From NCBI GenBank assembly GCA_963924565.1, contig OZ004611.1:19654001-19718000 (forward strand): 64,000 bases of DNA, in the 5' to 3' direction. Positions 34,701 to 49,700 of the stretch are shown piece by piece. The position numbers and the translations under genes were made by a program. The stretch comes from Ascidiella aspersa (lineage: Eukaryota). The notes under the pieces are model-generated. The model was given only the letters and a program-made list of their open reading frames with translations. It made no database searches and was not told where the DNA came from. Each line of letters starts with the position of its first letter. Positions within the stretch are counted from its first letter, which is position 1.

Positions 34701-37700
34701 CGGAATTGATTGAGATAATTGGGAAATCTAGACTGGGAAATTGTAGCTAACGCCATGGCTGACAAACGCTAGTTGTCCGACGGCACAGTTCTGATGACTC
34801 CGTCGCGTCACAGCTTATCGCATACTTCAGCGACGCCTAGATTTATTAATTTTACTCTTATAGTCTTTTTATTTTTATTCTTCTTTTATATTAACTGGCT
34901 TACGCACTCTCATTTTCATTACTAACCCTGATAAGGTCAGCTGCTATCTGCTGCCGAAACGTCGGTTTATACTTCGATTACACCAGAAGAGCGATTTCTA
35001 TCTATTTATATGTGGCCTGGTGGAGCTAACTCTATTATTGACAGAGAATTTAAAAAATATTATTTCCCTGAAAAATGACGAAGTACAAAAAGTTGGCCAA
35101 GGCAAAATAAGAGGTATCACTACTTCTTCTAACAAAACTGATTTTTAAACGTAAAAGTTTAATGGGTTGATTTATATCAGTAGAGACAGACTGCATGTTT
35201 CAACGGTGTGAAGAGGATTTTAGACTGCGCTATTCAGATTTTGAGAAAGAGAAAAAAGAGTATTCAGATTTTTTTGAGAAGAGGATTCTAGAACGCGCTA
35301 TTCAGATTTTGAGCCCGGATATTGATCGCACAGAATAATATTTAAACTTTAGGCTTTGCAATACGATCTTGGAATCTAAACAAAATCTAAGTTTCATGCT
35401 GAGTTGTTTTATAAGCAAGAGGTGACGTCGACCTGATAGAGCCTAAAAACTGAGTTCGGGTACGATTATGTAAATTTGACCTTTCCGTGTTACACCAGCA
35501 TATTCGAAGGCAAAAACGGGAAAATGGCTTAAAGGAGATGGCCTTTTGCAAGGCGAGCAAACGATAGTGCGTTTGGCAGTCCGAAAGACTCACAAAAGTG
35601 GTTTGAGAGTTCGCTTTATCAACCGAAATCGCTACCTCGTAGGTGGTGGCCAGCTGCTGCTGGTACTTGGCCTCCTTAGCCTTCTTCAGTTCCTGTACAG
35701 GCATCGAGTGCGAAAAGTAAAGTCCCGACCAGGTGTCTGTGGGCGTTCGCACTTCGGTGGCCACCGGCTGGTGTCGCATCGCCTGGTACGCCTTCTGACG
35801 CCAGTTCTCGTAATCGCTGTCGTTCTGAAGGAAGAGAAAAAAAATTGTAACATTCAAAGACGCGTATTTATGTAAAAACAGAAGCATTGGGCCTATGGGT
35901 TTCGCGTTGGCCAACGTTAGCGGTGTTCGGTGGACAATGTAATTGTAAATTTTGGAGTTGTACAGTTAGTTGATATCGTTGAAAAATGCAAATATGGGGA
36001 AAATCCGCATTTAAATGAACACTATAGTTAGACACGTTCTGTTGTAAAAAAAACTAATATTGGGCATATTGGTTTTGGGTTGGCCAATGCTAGGGGTGCT
36101 CGATGGACATTGTAATTGCATACAGAGTTTTAGAGTTAGCTAATATCGTTAAAAAATGCAAACACGGGAAAAACTCCTCCTTTAAATAAACAATAGTTTT
36201 TTAATTATGAAAAACATAGGCCTAAGGCCTTTTGGTTTCGCGTTGGCCAATGTTAGCGGTGCTCGGTTGGAATTGTGCATGTAACTATATATTTGCAGTT
36301 TTACTGTTAGCCAAAATCGTTCGGTCTTTTACGATTTCATTCAAAAATGGAATCAATCTGTGTGTAAACTTTGACCTTGACAATTTACAGAGCCTTTCAG
36401 TATTCTGTTGGACCGCTGTCCATGACCAGTACGATTATAAAAGGATCAAAAGCTTTAACCTTTGGGTTTGTGGTGTTGGTTAGTAGGCCAAATTAAACTA
36501 CGACCTATGGAAAAAAAATTTAAGGTGATAAAAGTCCAAGCATCTCCATTTTTAACTATATAAAATGGCGTATCTTTATGGAATCCAAAACCATTGGCAG
36601 GTTTCTGCACATGTTTTTGACTTTCTGTATATGTGTTTGACTCACTACGTTTTTGAATTTTTTATTAATTTTATTATTACTTTGCTATTATATGCCAGTA
36701 TAGGCTAAATATACATTCCTTTAAAAAATGTATGACCCTGGTTTTACTCGGGTTTTTATTGAAACTTTTTTTTTTTTATTGTTACTTTTAACTACTCACC
36801 AGCGGCGAGTGCGCCGATTTGGGAAAATTCTCGAAGCCGGGCGGAGGCGCTCGAGTCGAGTCTCCGAAGTACTCGGTGAGTTCGCGCAACTCGCTCTCAC
36901 TCGGCGTCTCGGTGGCACTGCGAGTAAAAAAGACGTGATCAAAACAGATATGTTTACCACTTTTTGAAATGTCCTACACTTGACAAAAATATATGTTTCA
37001 AACAATAATGCCTTTAAAAAATAGCTTGTGTTGGCATCTTTTGGTAAAAATATTTTTTACAATAATATTGTCATCATACGTCCTATTTTTTAATCTTACA
37101 ATAAACAATAAGATCCCCAACTACATACATGTTTTTAAGAGGAATATAAACTCTATGCAAGCCACAGTATTTTTAAATTTACCAAAATACGTACATTACT
37201 GTATTTTCATCTGCGCGCGTGTTGAACCAAAAAAGGAAATATATCCAGTCACGAAAAACAGTAACCCAATTCGTCTGTGATATTTAGTTGGGGTCTTATA
37301 ACTCAGAAAAAAAACTCAAGCATAAACGGAAAGGTAACTAACCTATACAGACATTCGTATAAACAAAAACAAACAAAAAAAGAAATAACAACAACAGCAA
37401 TGTACCCATGATAGTGGTTCTTGCGTTCTTCGGCCAGCGCCACCATTCTCTGTTCTTTGGCGCGGTCGGGGTGCAAGTACGGTCCGCTCGGCGAGTTTTG
37501 GAGATGACGAAGCGCCGCTTGCAACTCGATCGAAGAGGCCGAAGAAGAGGGACTCTTGTGCATCGAGATCACTTTGGTAGCTGAAAGGGCGATAAAGGGT
37601 TAAACAGGAAAATAAAAAACACACTACACCGAGTCTATTTGTCCCATTCAAACTACATGTCTTCGTATGAGAGTAATCGTATGACGGAAACGCATAATAT

Positions 37701-40700
37701 AAAAGAAAAATGTTACGTGACTGGGTCAATTTGTCCCATGTACTTTTAAACTACATGTCTTCAAAGGAGAGTATTCAATACATGTCACGGGCACGTTTGT
37801 TTTAAAAGAAAAAATATTACGTGTTTTCTTAGACAGGTGTCGGAAATATTTGTCAAATTTGGATCGCCACTACAACGCTGTATTTTTTTATATTCATGTG
37901 CATTGTGGGTAACAATTACCATTTGCTATTTAGCAGACGACAATGGCACATCAGAAAACAGTTCCCTAAGATAAACTTTCAGTACGAAAATTTGTCAAAC
38001 TTGGCTAAAAATAGGAACTTTGCATTCAATACAAGTCAAGTCAACACTGGCCCTTTTCGGTTTGTATTTTTATACGGATAACACCCTTAAAACGGTTTCC
38101 AAAAAAAAACACTAAATTAGTTGTCGATTTTTTTCACAAAAAAAACACACTTGCACTAAAATTCTTTGAAGCGCCATTAAAACCAAATTAATGGTAAACA
38201 AAAACGAATAAAATATATAAGAGTACAAGCTCGTTTCCATGACAAGAAAATACGTACATCCATCAGGGGACGGTACACGAACATCGCCGATTCTCTCAGA
38301 TAGAACAGACATCGGGGAGTTTCGATCGCTGCCTGGAGGAGTGTTCTTCGGAATCCCTGACAAACCGAGTCAAATGAAGGGTTGTTTCAGTGCTCAATTA
38401 TAATGGCACCAGATTATATTATATTATATTAGTTGCTCGAGTGACCGCCATAGGAACGCATTTATCGTAACCTTTACTATGCAACAATCGAAAACATACT
38501 TAAAGGGTTCCAAATAAGGTAAAATTTTGGCGCAGTTGTAACAAATGATTTTCTTTGTTCGTTCCGCAAAATAGAATCGAACAAATGTATTTCATACAAA
38601 AAGGCAACGGAAACCGTGTACCACTTATTTTGTTTGTGCTTCGGGAAGTGTGTTTAATGGAAAACGTGAGAGCGTGGTTAAGTACCAAAGTATAAATATA
38701 GTTGATTCATAGCGCGAGTATAGTTGCCTTTGAAGTGCACAATGATGAACCGTAGAAAATATTTGATTCGATGTGTTGTTTGATGTACAAAGAAAGTGAT
38801 TCGTCAGCACAAATAAGCAAAGTCCTCCCGACTATTTAACGTTTTTGCTACGTTATGTTCTGTAAGAACTTCTGGGCGATTTTGGGCATTAAAACGGGAA
38901 GTACATCGACCCACAAAACTGAATGGCCCCTTTTTGTAAGATAATTTTCCTATTATAATTTGTGTTGTCTTCTTTTGAGTAGCCATTCTATTATCAAAAA
39001 GGGGGGTTTCGTATATTGTACGCCGTTAATGACAATGTCATTTTACCAACTACAGCAGGAAACATGTTTGAGTAACAGTTTATTGTGGAAATTATATGCA
39101 AGTGTTTAACATCGTGTGGACCAATTAAACGTATAGAAACACAAAAATATGATTATGCTACTTTAGACCCACGAGAAAGAGATATGTCAACATATAACAA
39201 AACATTGCCCGTGATTTGGTGTGAGGAGATTTCATACGTTATTTTTGGGAGAAAAACATTTTACAACTGTGAACCAATAAATGTAAACGAGTCTTCATGC
39301 AAGATTATATGTACTCTAGTTGCATCTTAATTATTACATTATAACTGCAGCAAACAAACGACTCACTGTTTCTGCTGGCGCTTGATACTTGCAAAAAGAC
39401 CTTATTGACGATGTCCATTCCGTCGGGCAACGAATGACGCTGGGCTTGGCTCTGCGACAAACAAACGAAACGTTATTCACCTTTTATTTTTATATTTGAA
39501 AAAAAAGTATTTTTTTACAAAATATATATATTTTTTGAGGCAATTTTTGTTCTTGTGGCATACAGATGTCAATTTTCAACCCAGTCATTTTTTCACTTGA
39601 AAAAAAAAACATTTGGTCATCTCTTAAAACAGCATAGACAAAGCGGAACTTTATCCCAAAATCACCAGCGAATTTTAACAGGTTTCTTTTGTATTACGGA
39701 ATTTGTTGGCGATGTGGTTTTAAACGTGATATGGGATAGTCTAACCTCGGTAAGAAGTTATAACAAACCACTATACCTTTTTGGTATTTTAACGTGTTTA
39801 CACCGCTGAACACAACCATCGAAGCATGTTGGCTTTACACGACTTTTCAAGAACTTTTTACAAGGCCTTGTGTCACGAACGTAGGCTGAACTGACTTGAA
39901 AATATGTCGTCCAGTATTCGACACAAACAAACCAACGGTAATCTCATGTCGTCTTAACATAGGTCTGCCCAAAGCGACGGTTTTGCATTCATAAACAAAA
40001 GCTTGATCCAAATTGCAAGACGCTCGGTTTGATCGCGAGACAAAATATCGGCGTATGTATGTAAGGGATTTTTCAGGATTTATACGATAACTTAATAAGA
40101 ATATCAAAGCCCATACAGAAGTAGGTATCATTTTGAACGTTTCGAATAACTCTTTATTCATTTTCAACATCATGTTCAACCATTATGCTCCAAAGTTTAT
40201 TGCCAGCCACTATACGATAACTCTTTTTGCAGAAAAAAATGTGTATATTGGAGTGTTATTAACATCTCTACAACAGTGGTTCTCTTTTTTTGCGACGCCT
40301 TTAGGAACGTCAACAAGCGATGGGAATTTCACTGATTTTGACCATTTTTTTATTTCTTGGTTGGTTTGTTTCAAAAAATTTTAATCAATTGCTTTATTCA
40401 TTTGTTACACTAAGTTACAAATAATCGGGATATAACTAAAGTATAAGCATTAAGCATATTATTACCGCAATAGGGTTTTTTCAACTGTGTTTAAACAAAA
40501 CGGATTTTTTCTTCGACGCCTTTGGAAAATAAAAACGACGCACCAGGGCAACATTTGTTCTACAAAAAAATATTTCTAACTGCTCTTATTATGTTGTTTA
40601 AGCGGGGTGAGATGAAGCTATAGAAATAAAAAACCCGCGGGCAGTAAATAGGAGAAAACAACCCGACATTTTGTAAGGAATACTTACTAACGTATTAATG

Positions 40701-43700
40701 ACGAAAATAATCATTTAACCATATAGTAAAAAGGATTAAAAACACTTGAGAAGAATATCACGAAGATTCTTAAGTTCAATATTTGGCAACAGTAGGAATA
40801 AAAAATTCCTGTAAAAATTGACCGTTTTTAAGTAGCCTTAACAAGCACGTCTAGTTTTAGCCAACTTAAGTTACCAAAAGTTTTGTCCCCTCGTACCACA
40901 ATACAGCGTATCAGGCCGAAAACAAACAAAGACGCCAACTAAATTGTATCGCTGTTAATCTGTCTAACTTACAGCCGCCGCAGTTTCATCCCTGTGATTG
41001 GTTAGAAGCTGTCCCATGCTGTGACGATGAGGAAGCACCTTGTCCGAGTTGCCCTTGTTGAAGGAGCTGTTGGCCGATAGGTTACCGCCGTTGCGACGAA
41101 CCTTAAGGTTAGAAAAAGCGTTTTATTGTGGGGCACGAAAACACGCTAAAATCATTTCGAACAGAGCGTGAAAACTAATGGATCCGATCCGATACTGAAG
41201 TCTCTATCGGTGTACAGGAATATATTTATAACACAAAGGCTTACACAAGTGGATTCATATCTTATTCAAATATAATCCAAAACAATGTTATTGAAACAGA
41301 AACAGCATCTGTGTAAGGTAAACATCATCACCAAACACACAAGTAACTCATAGTATTAGCTCCTTTGTAAGGACAACTATACAATGTCAAGACCTTTGAC
41401 CGTTTGACTGCAAGTAATAGAATGCTTTTACAATTAAATAGGGGTTAAATAGGTCTTACATTAAAATGCGCTTTAGTAAACTCACTGCTAATCAAAACGT
41501 AGCGTTCGGCACATTATTTTGGGTCATGTTTTATAGAGATTGCGCGCAGATTCGATGCAAACAGAGATCGACAATGACAAGATCACCTTTTTTTAAGTTA
41601 CGAAAAATGACTATAGCGGGCATTGGATGTCACATAAAACGTTCAAACAACGAAAATGGGTACAACATGTATAATATAGGTATCAGAACATTGTACTTTA
41701 TGCGCAAGAATTTTTCTTCGCTTACAAATTTTGAGAACGCGTCTTACCTCCATAAGGTGTCGCTGTATGCCACGCACGTTGTCGTCGAACTGGGTGGGTG
41801 TGGTGGGGCTACCCTCGCCCCCTCCAGAGGTGGGGTAGTAATTTCCGTTATTGTCGCGATCTTGAAGTTGCTGTTGTTGTTGTTGTTGTTGTTGTTGTTG
41901 CTGACGAACCATGTTGTTCTTTTGAATAAATTGCTTTGCCACCTGCATCGGTTCAGGTTTAGTTACAGAAACGGATGCAACAAATAGGTGATATTTTGTA
42001 TTAGCAACGCATTGGTGTAATGGTTAAGGCAGCTTTTTTATGGTGAACGATTTTATGTCTGCTTAAGGCAACACGTCTCCGGTAAAGTTAGCAATTCCGT
42101 GAACTTTAAATGAGACGAGCCCGCAACTATTTTTTTTTTCATTTTACAGTAAATTTTGTTTTGGTTTCCAGCTTGTTTTTGCTATTATTGTTATTTTTAA
42201 CTCCGCAGACTCCGCAGCCCTGTTATTGTGTACTAACACCAAATTCGCATTACGCAGCCCTGCGAGTCTTTCGAACATGTTCACAGCTCATTTGGTTGGG
42301 GTGTGTATTTATTTGGTGTTTAAAGCACGCAAATCCACATTGTTTAGTTGACATTGTGTATTTTTTCAACACAAAGGGAAGTCCTCGGGTTTTACCCATC
42401 ACCGCGTCATTTGAAAAATGGCACTTTTTTCATAGCAACACAGCAATTATTTTTCCATAATGCGTAATTCAGTTTTTTAAACGTTTATAATACAACTTTT
42501 TCGAACCTCAAACTCAAGTTCCAATATGAAGTAAAAACGCATTTTTTTCCTAACCGATATGTGCCTCAAAAAACAGCCACATCCCTGCTGATATGTCTTT
42601 TTTTACTCTTGTTGTAAACAAAGGAAACAACTAAACTAATAAAAGTGGAAAACAAAGTTCTCCAAACTTGTACAGCTTCTGGGTTGTTACGTCACCAAAC
42701 CTGGTTTGCGCAACTTTTTTGTACAACGTCATACATATAATAGAAGCATTCCTTCAAAACCCCAAGTTGTGAGAAAACGCGGCATTTCTTTATACTTCTC
42801 TGCCTATACCTGCAACGGTGACGGGTCCATCTCGTCCTCCTGTTTGTTGTGCGACGGCGGAGAGCCGGCGATGCTGCTTGCCCGACTAGCGTTGGCCGAA
42901 GCCGCGGCGGCCTGAGCGTTAATTTGGGCCAGTAGAAGGTGCTGCTGCTGTTGGGCGTGAATTGCGGCTACCGTCGCCTGGAATAGAAAGGGAAAAAGTC
43001 GGTTAAACTTAAAGCTTTAACGCACATTTAGAATAGGTTTGATATGACTCTTTCAAGTCGTACACGCGCAGTGAGGTAAAACAGGAGCGTTGGGCAGCTA
43101 ACCGGTCGGCCTATCCATCCAACGAAGGAAAAGACAGAGAGAAAAAACAGAAAATTTGGAAAAAAACAGTAAATCTTTAGTTGAAACCACGGTTGTGGAG
43201 AATGAGCCTGACACAGGAAACTCGACGCATCCAGTTAATTTCAGAGATCGATCGATATCGCTTTTTCGTGCCGAAACTGATACCCGCTTTTTTACATTAT
43301 GGGTATACGGAAATATCGGTCAACCTCAAGGCAATTTAACAAGGGGACGGAGTTAGTTAATCTGAACGGAGTCTGATGTGCGACTGGAGTAAGACTGAAG
43401 TGAGCTTCAAAAGTACGATCGAAACCGACAGGCCGCATACCGCAGCTAATAGAGGTCTAATAGCATGAGATGGACTATTTTAATAATATAGTGGGATAAG
43501 AGTTATGTGACCATATTTCCACAAAATTATCGTATGACAGAAAACGGCTTTCAATGTTCGAATTAAATAAATACACACTTGTTTTGATTTTTCTCAATGT
43601 TCAAGGCTTAGGTCGTAGATTCCTGAAATTGGAGATATTCCTGAAATTGGCCCTTTTGGGCACGGTATTTTGCAAACTTCGTTGAGTCGTTAGCGAAAGT

Positions 43701-46700
43701 TTTACAATGACACTCTTTCGTATCAACTGTACTAGCTGGTTGGATGCATTTCTTATAAGCAAGCTGTGTCGCTAAAATGTTAAGAAATTTAAACTGCGCG
43801 CCATGAGGTTGCGCTAACGTCGGAAAGTTAGATCTTGTCAATGCTTTACTGACGCGTATTTAAACAAGTAAAGCCGTAGGATTAATAACTCAAGTTTTAC
43901 TTGATCATTAAATTGTCCGCTTTTTACTTTACGCAGAAACCGGCTTGTTTCACACGGTTTGACCACAGAATAAAAAGCTTACAACAATATAAAAAAATAA
44001 CCTACAGAGGGGCCGAGTATACACAAGCGTCTTTACATCGCACTTGAAAAAACGACCATTAGGCATCCGTAATCTCGCGGTTCCGGTCGGTCAACTGTGT
44101 GTACGGGAATATTTTCCCACGGCTGACTTCGCTTTAAAAAAAAATTGAACTCGCGCTTTGCGAGGTTGTTTTCGCGAAAAGGGCGGAGTTATTCTTTTCC
44201 CGTGGGCAAAAAAATTAATGGGGTAAACAGGGAGCGTCGTGGTCCGCAAAGTCGTCGACTCATGTTAAATGAAGCGCGGAAAGCCCGACGATACTTTTCC
44301 CGACGCTTTTCTTCTCACAGAGGCGACGGTCCGTGCCGGTGCCAAAGGGGTAAATCGCGCGCCAACAGCAAAATTCCCGCGTCTATTTTCGTCCAAATCG
44401 CTGCCACAACACGATTGACGGGGTTTCACAAGTTTGCGAAGTTGCGATGGCGAATAAAACGTCGCCGTTGAAGCAACCCTTTATTATTACAGATTGCCGC
44501 TCGTTTTGGGGAAGCATCCTTGTTTTTATCTGTTTTTTGGGATTAAATGGGTTCAATTTAGCAACGTCCCGAAACAGGTCTTTAAAATGAGCCAAAAAAA
44601 AGGAGTGATATAGAAACTTTGAAATGAACAAATGGGCACCGCCTAAAGCCCTAAAAAGTTACTTTTCATATGTTATGGTCTCAAGTTTCTCAACAATTTC
44701 GGAACACGATTGTCTTTAGTTGGATTCCAGGATAGTCTGGATATTTCCAGAATCACACAAAAAGTGTGATCTGATAATGACAGGGACCATTTCAAGTCTT
44801 ACTGGGGGTACCTTAAAGCAAATATAAACGAAAAGCGTAAAAAAAGCGTATTACCTGTTGCGACAGTGGGAATGGGCTAGGAGAGGGGCTCGGCATGGGG
44901 CTGTTGGACCACCCTGTCCTCATTAGGGGTCCGGTAGGCGTGGCGGGTCGGGGTACAACCGTCACCCCGTTCGGGGGAATATAACCTGAAAATGGAATTA
45001 ACGTAACTCAAGATATACAACACATTTTATTGAATAAGTATAACCTTTGAGTGTATGCGTAAAAATGCCTAGGTTTTGCTGTTTTGCTATTTTTTGTTTG
45101 AAAATCAGTGAGAAGAAATTGTTTTTTTATTATATTCTCGGCATAACCTTTGATTGGCAAATTTATTCCGAAATCATTAAAAAGAAAACTTATTTTTATA
45201 CAAAACTTACTGATTAGCCTGGGCGACGGGGTCAGAATGATCGGCGGTGCGGGCCCCACACTGTTTGATGACGTCAGAGTTAGTGCCGGGGGTGAGGCGG
45301 GGGGCGGCGGGGTCTTGAGTCCGGTCGAGTTGAGCTTAAGCAGCTGTCGGCGGGCCTCGAACATGTTGTAGATGTTGCGCTCAACGCTCTTGACGATCAC
45401 CGACTGTACAGTATTACGTAACAATGGGTAAGTTGCAACGCTGAGAGAAGAGCCGACTGCCGCGGAGTGTATATAAGACGGGAGGGACGCGTTGGTTTCG
45501 GGTTTTCCCCGACAAATTCGTGAACGAACGTGAAAAGAAACAGGACTTGAAATTATAGTTGGAATATGGATGTTACAGCGTTGGAAATGTGTTAAGCCAC
45601 CACAATCGCAGGGGCGGGCAATGGTTTCAAATAGGATGCACACTAGGAAATTTCGTATGTGGAACTTAAAATAAAAAAACGACAAGCAATTTGCATTATA
45701 GTACTCGAACTGGGCAGAAAATATAGTTTGGGAGGTGGAGAGATCTATAGTTCCGCCCCGTTGGAGAGCAATGCATCCATATGTTGTAAAAAAGTAAAAT
45801 GCTTTACAAATGTAATTTTTTTAACTACTTAATTGAAAGCCAAGTTTTTACTTTTGTGTGCGAAGCTGACTTTTACAGTGACGATTTTCAGTAAAAAAAA
45901 ACGATTTACGTCCGCGGATGTCTCAAATTTGGCGCGGAAATGAACGAAAAAATGTTTCATGGAAAATCGTCGCGGGGATTAAACTGCTTGGTAAGCCGTA
46001 CTCATCCCGTCAGCCTTATTTTCCCACGCCTGTTGTAAAATGTTAAATGGCTGAACACACAAAAATGCCAGAAATGGATAATTTATCAATCACTCAACGG
46101 ATTCTTAAAGGTTTTAAAGGGTTAGTAGCAAACAGCCCCTAACGGTGAGTCATCGCAGAAAAAAAATCAACTATATTTAAAGCAAACCGCTTTAGAATTC
46201 GTCGGCCGAGGTCAACAAGCAGTAATTTTAAAGCAAGTGGCAACAGCAATGAAATGCTTAGTTCCAGTTTGGAGAGCCGCGTAATGACTTTCGAAAACCG
46301 CGCAAAGTGCCAATCCGAACGTTGGTAATTGAAATTTCGGTCAATGCGGTTCTCGATAATGTCCAGGCACCGTAATAGGGGTGCGTTGGGGTGAGACGGT
46401 GGCGGGGTGATTTGGGGGTCGGCTGAGGCTTCGTGAGAGTGTATATTTTGCAAGGTGGAAACAACGAAACAGCACAAAAAAGTATTCTTGGCCGAAAACA
46501 GAAACGAATGGTAAAAATAGATAATTTAAATCTTAGACTTCTGGTCCAGCCTAATTACTTAAATAATCAACAGGAAAATTCAAACTCGTGGCGACATTTT
46601 CGAATCTGGAAGATTTTTAAAGCCTTTTGGCCATCGCACACAACACATTTATATGTCTCGTATTGTATTTTGTAACAAATGCACTAACATGTCCTTTACA

Positions 46701-49700
46701 ATCATAACGGCCCAACGCGATATAGCATAACAATTCATAGTCGGGCACCAAAATTACTTTCGCTGATTGAAGTTAGTTCCCTGTATTATAAGTGTCTGTT
46801 TTTAAATTAAAAAGTCCCATTTACGTCCTACCCCTCGTAAAATATAAGGAAGAATATTAGCCCTATAACGGAAAGTACGGCAACATTGCCGCGGACTTTT
46901 TGTGGCTTTGAAGCACAGCTTACGAAAAAATCCCACAACAGTCCTATACCTTGCTCGGCTGTTTTGGCTTAAGTTTGATGCTGATGAAAACGTCGAGGGA
47001 CTCCATGAGCTGGTTGTTCCTGGTGGCTTCCTCGGTTGCACTTTGCAGCTCCTCCTGTTTCATGTCGAACATCAGGACAAGCGGAAGACAGCCCTTGGGG
47101 GGAAAAAGCGGTCGTGAGTTAAGGAAAGTTTGCAGAGGTAAAGCACTGTTTGATTTTGCGCTCGTATCCCATCGAGGAAATTTAAGAGACCGAGATAAAA
47201 TGTTATAGGGTGTTTTTTGACGCGGTCGTCATCAGTCGTATAATGGGGCATCAAGATGTAACTACTGCAATTTTATTTTTTGTCTCATAAGAGAAAGGAT
47301 ACTTGATAATAAATTGCAAAGCCAATTGGAAAGCTACATAACAGTCCCGAGCATAGTGTACCCAATATAAGATACTCTTTTGTAAAATAGAAAAATATTG
47401 GGCAGATTTCTGTTCAGTGTTCCAGGAGAACCCTGATTTCTCTCAAGGGGAAACATGTTGCGCGGTTCTAAAGTGTTCTGTATAATTGACTTAAAAAATG
47501 TTTAAAAAAAAATAGATTATAACAACACGCTTACCATGAGTCTCTGACGCGCCATCACCACAGCTTCAATTGGACCAGTTACGTATATCGTGCTCTTCTT
47601 CGGTACACAGTTCGGATCGGGAAAGCGAATCTGGATAAAACATGCAAAACAATGGTGACGTTAGTGAGAAATATACTGCGGCTTATTCATGCGAGATTGC
47701 ATGACGAATCAAAATACAAAATCATTTATCACTGTGTTTTGGAAGATTTCAGCACAAAACTTCCCACAACGGGAATAGCACAATATGCACTGATAGTGGT
47801 AAAACGGGGAGTTCCAAACCAACAAGTGACTAAAGACAAAACAGATTTATGACAGTTTTGTAGAGATGACGCACTGCCAAAATTAACCTTGACGGAATTA
47901 CGCAAAGACGATGCCAAACGAAACCAAAATTAAAATCGTCGTTAAGGGGATAAAACGAGTTGCTTTGTTTTTCGTATCTCCTAACGTAAGGCGCTCACAA
48001 ATGAAATGTGGGATTACATAAGCAGAATAACGATACATAACGGCGTATAGCCGGCGGCGATAAAAGGCCGACATCTAGTTTCGAGACTTGTTGATTTGCT
48101 AGTTTACAAGCATATTACCATTTCGTACAGTCCAGACTTTAGTTTTAACCTACAGGTTTGCGCTTTTGCGCCTAAACTAGACCAAGAAAGCACATAACCG
48201 CATATTTACCACGCTTAACCTTTAAAAAAACATGGTTAAATCGTGGTGAAAAGTTCCAGCCTATCTACAACAGCCAATGTTGCCGCTACAGCCACGTTAA
48301 CGGGCCAGCCGCAGAGTCGGGGAAAAAACGCGCTAGGTATTTTATCGCATCTCGGTGTCTTGGCTGCGCTTGTCGTCGTTATAATTCGCGGAAAAAGGAA
48401 GACAATGGGACTAGTAGGAAGCCTGACCACAATCGAGCCAAGCCGAGCTAAGCTTACAGCGCCGCCGGCGTAAAACGCACAATTATGCTTTGCCGTGAAC
48501 TGAAAGTTTACACATATTATCCGCGCGCGGAAAGTTAGGTAACACTTGTGACGATACAATAATGCAACGTATCAAAGATTTAAGCGCAACAAACGTGTAT
48601 TTGCTGTATTCCTGCTGTCTTTCGAAACAAATACTCTGGTTTAAGAAAAGCTGCAACGTATAATGTAGAACACATTTCTTTGAATAAGCTGTTCTGCTGT
48701 TGGTGGTTCTAAACAAAATTCACACGCCATGAATAAGTACGTTTCTTCGGCAAAAGGAAATTAATTAAAAGAAATAACAAAACAAAGGCTGTAGTTTCTC
48801 AAGTAATTTTTTTTTTTAGGTTTCTTGTTGTTACAAACAACATGTTTTGGATGGAAAATAACCTAACCCGATAAACCACCGTGGTAATGTGTAAATAGAT
48901 TTCGTTTTTTATTACACATGCGCAAGAATTGTTTATCAAAAACAATGAACCGTCATTGTTTTATGTGGAGCGGGTAATTTTAGCCGAATAAGTTGCCAAC
49001 CTTTAAAGATACTCTCTTATCTTTATTTCACATGTGTAAATAATCACTCGACTCGACCTATCCTTTTAAGGTTGTGCTTGTCAAACGTGCCAACATAACC
49101 TGGAAAATTTAATATTTTTGCTATTCAACATTTACTCTGGTTTGTTCGGTTCGGTTTGATCCCTTTGTGCGGTTTATACAATTTCGGAGAAGTTTTAGTG
49201 AATAAAGTAAGTTTCTATCAGTGTGTCGTGAGCGCTACCCAACGTTCTAGGCATTACAATTGGGTTTAAATTTTAAAAAGAAATTCACATTAGGTTAAGT
49301 AAAGTGGATTTGTTCTTGAATTGACCAGGATGAATTGACACCAAGATGCACATGACAACTGTTTACACGTAGGTTACACCTGGTCTGATTTCAATCGGTT
49401 TATAAAAACAGTCCTAAATCAGTTTATAAAAACTGAGATATCCTTCGTCGTGCCCAACAGTTGTTCTCAACCTCGCATGAGTGGTGGACCCTTTCATGAG
49501 CTCTAAACACTTTGTGCCATCTTGCTTAGGTTTTCCTATAATGCGTCTTTAAACGTTACAAGGAGCCCTATAAAGTTTAAATGAGAATATTGTTTTAAAT
49601 AACTCTGTGGAGTTATTTCAAACGTTAAAATGACATCCACTTCTGTATGGGCTTTGATATTCTTACTACCCCATTTCGCATTTTTGTTTTGTTGAAAGCT

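Noticed and set aside
42010-42085. tRNA/SINE-like A box (TGGTGTAATGGTTAAG)
   Set aside because: No B box or cloverleaf; cannot support a tRNA call.
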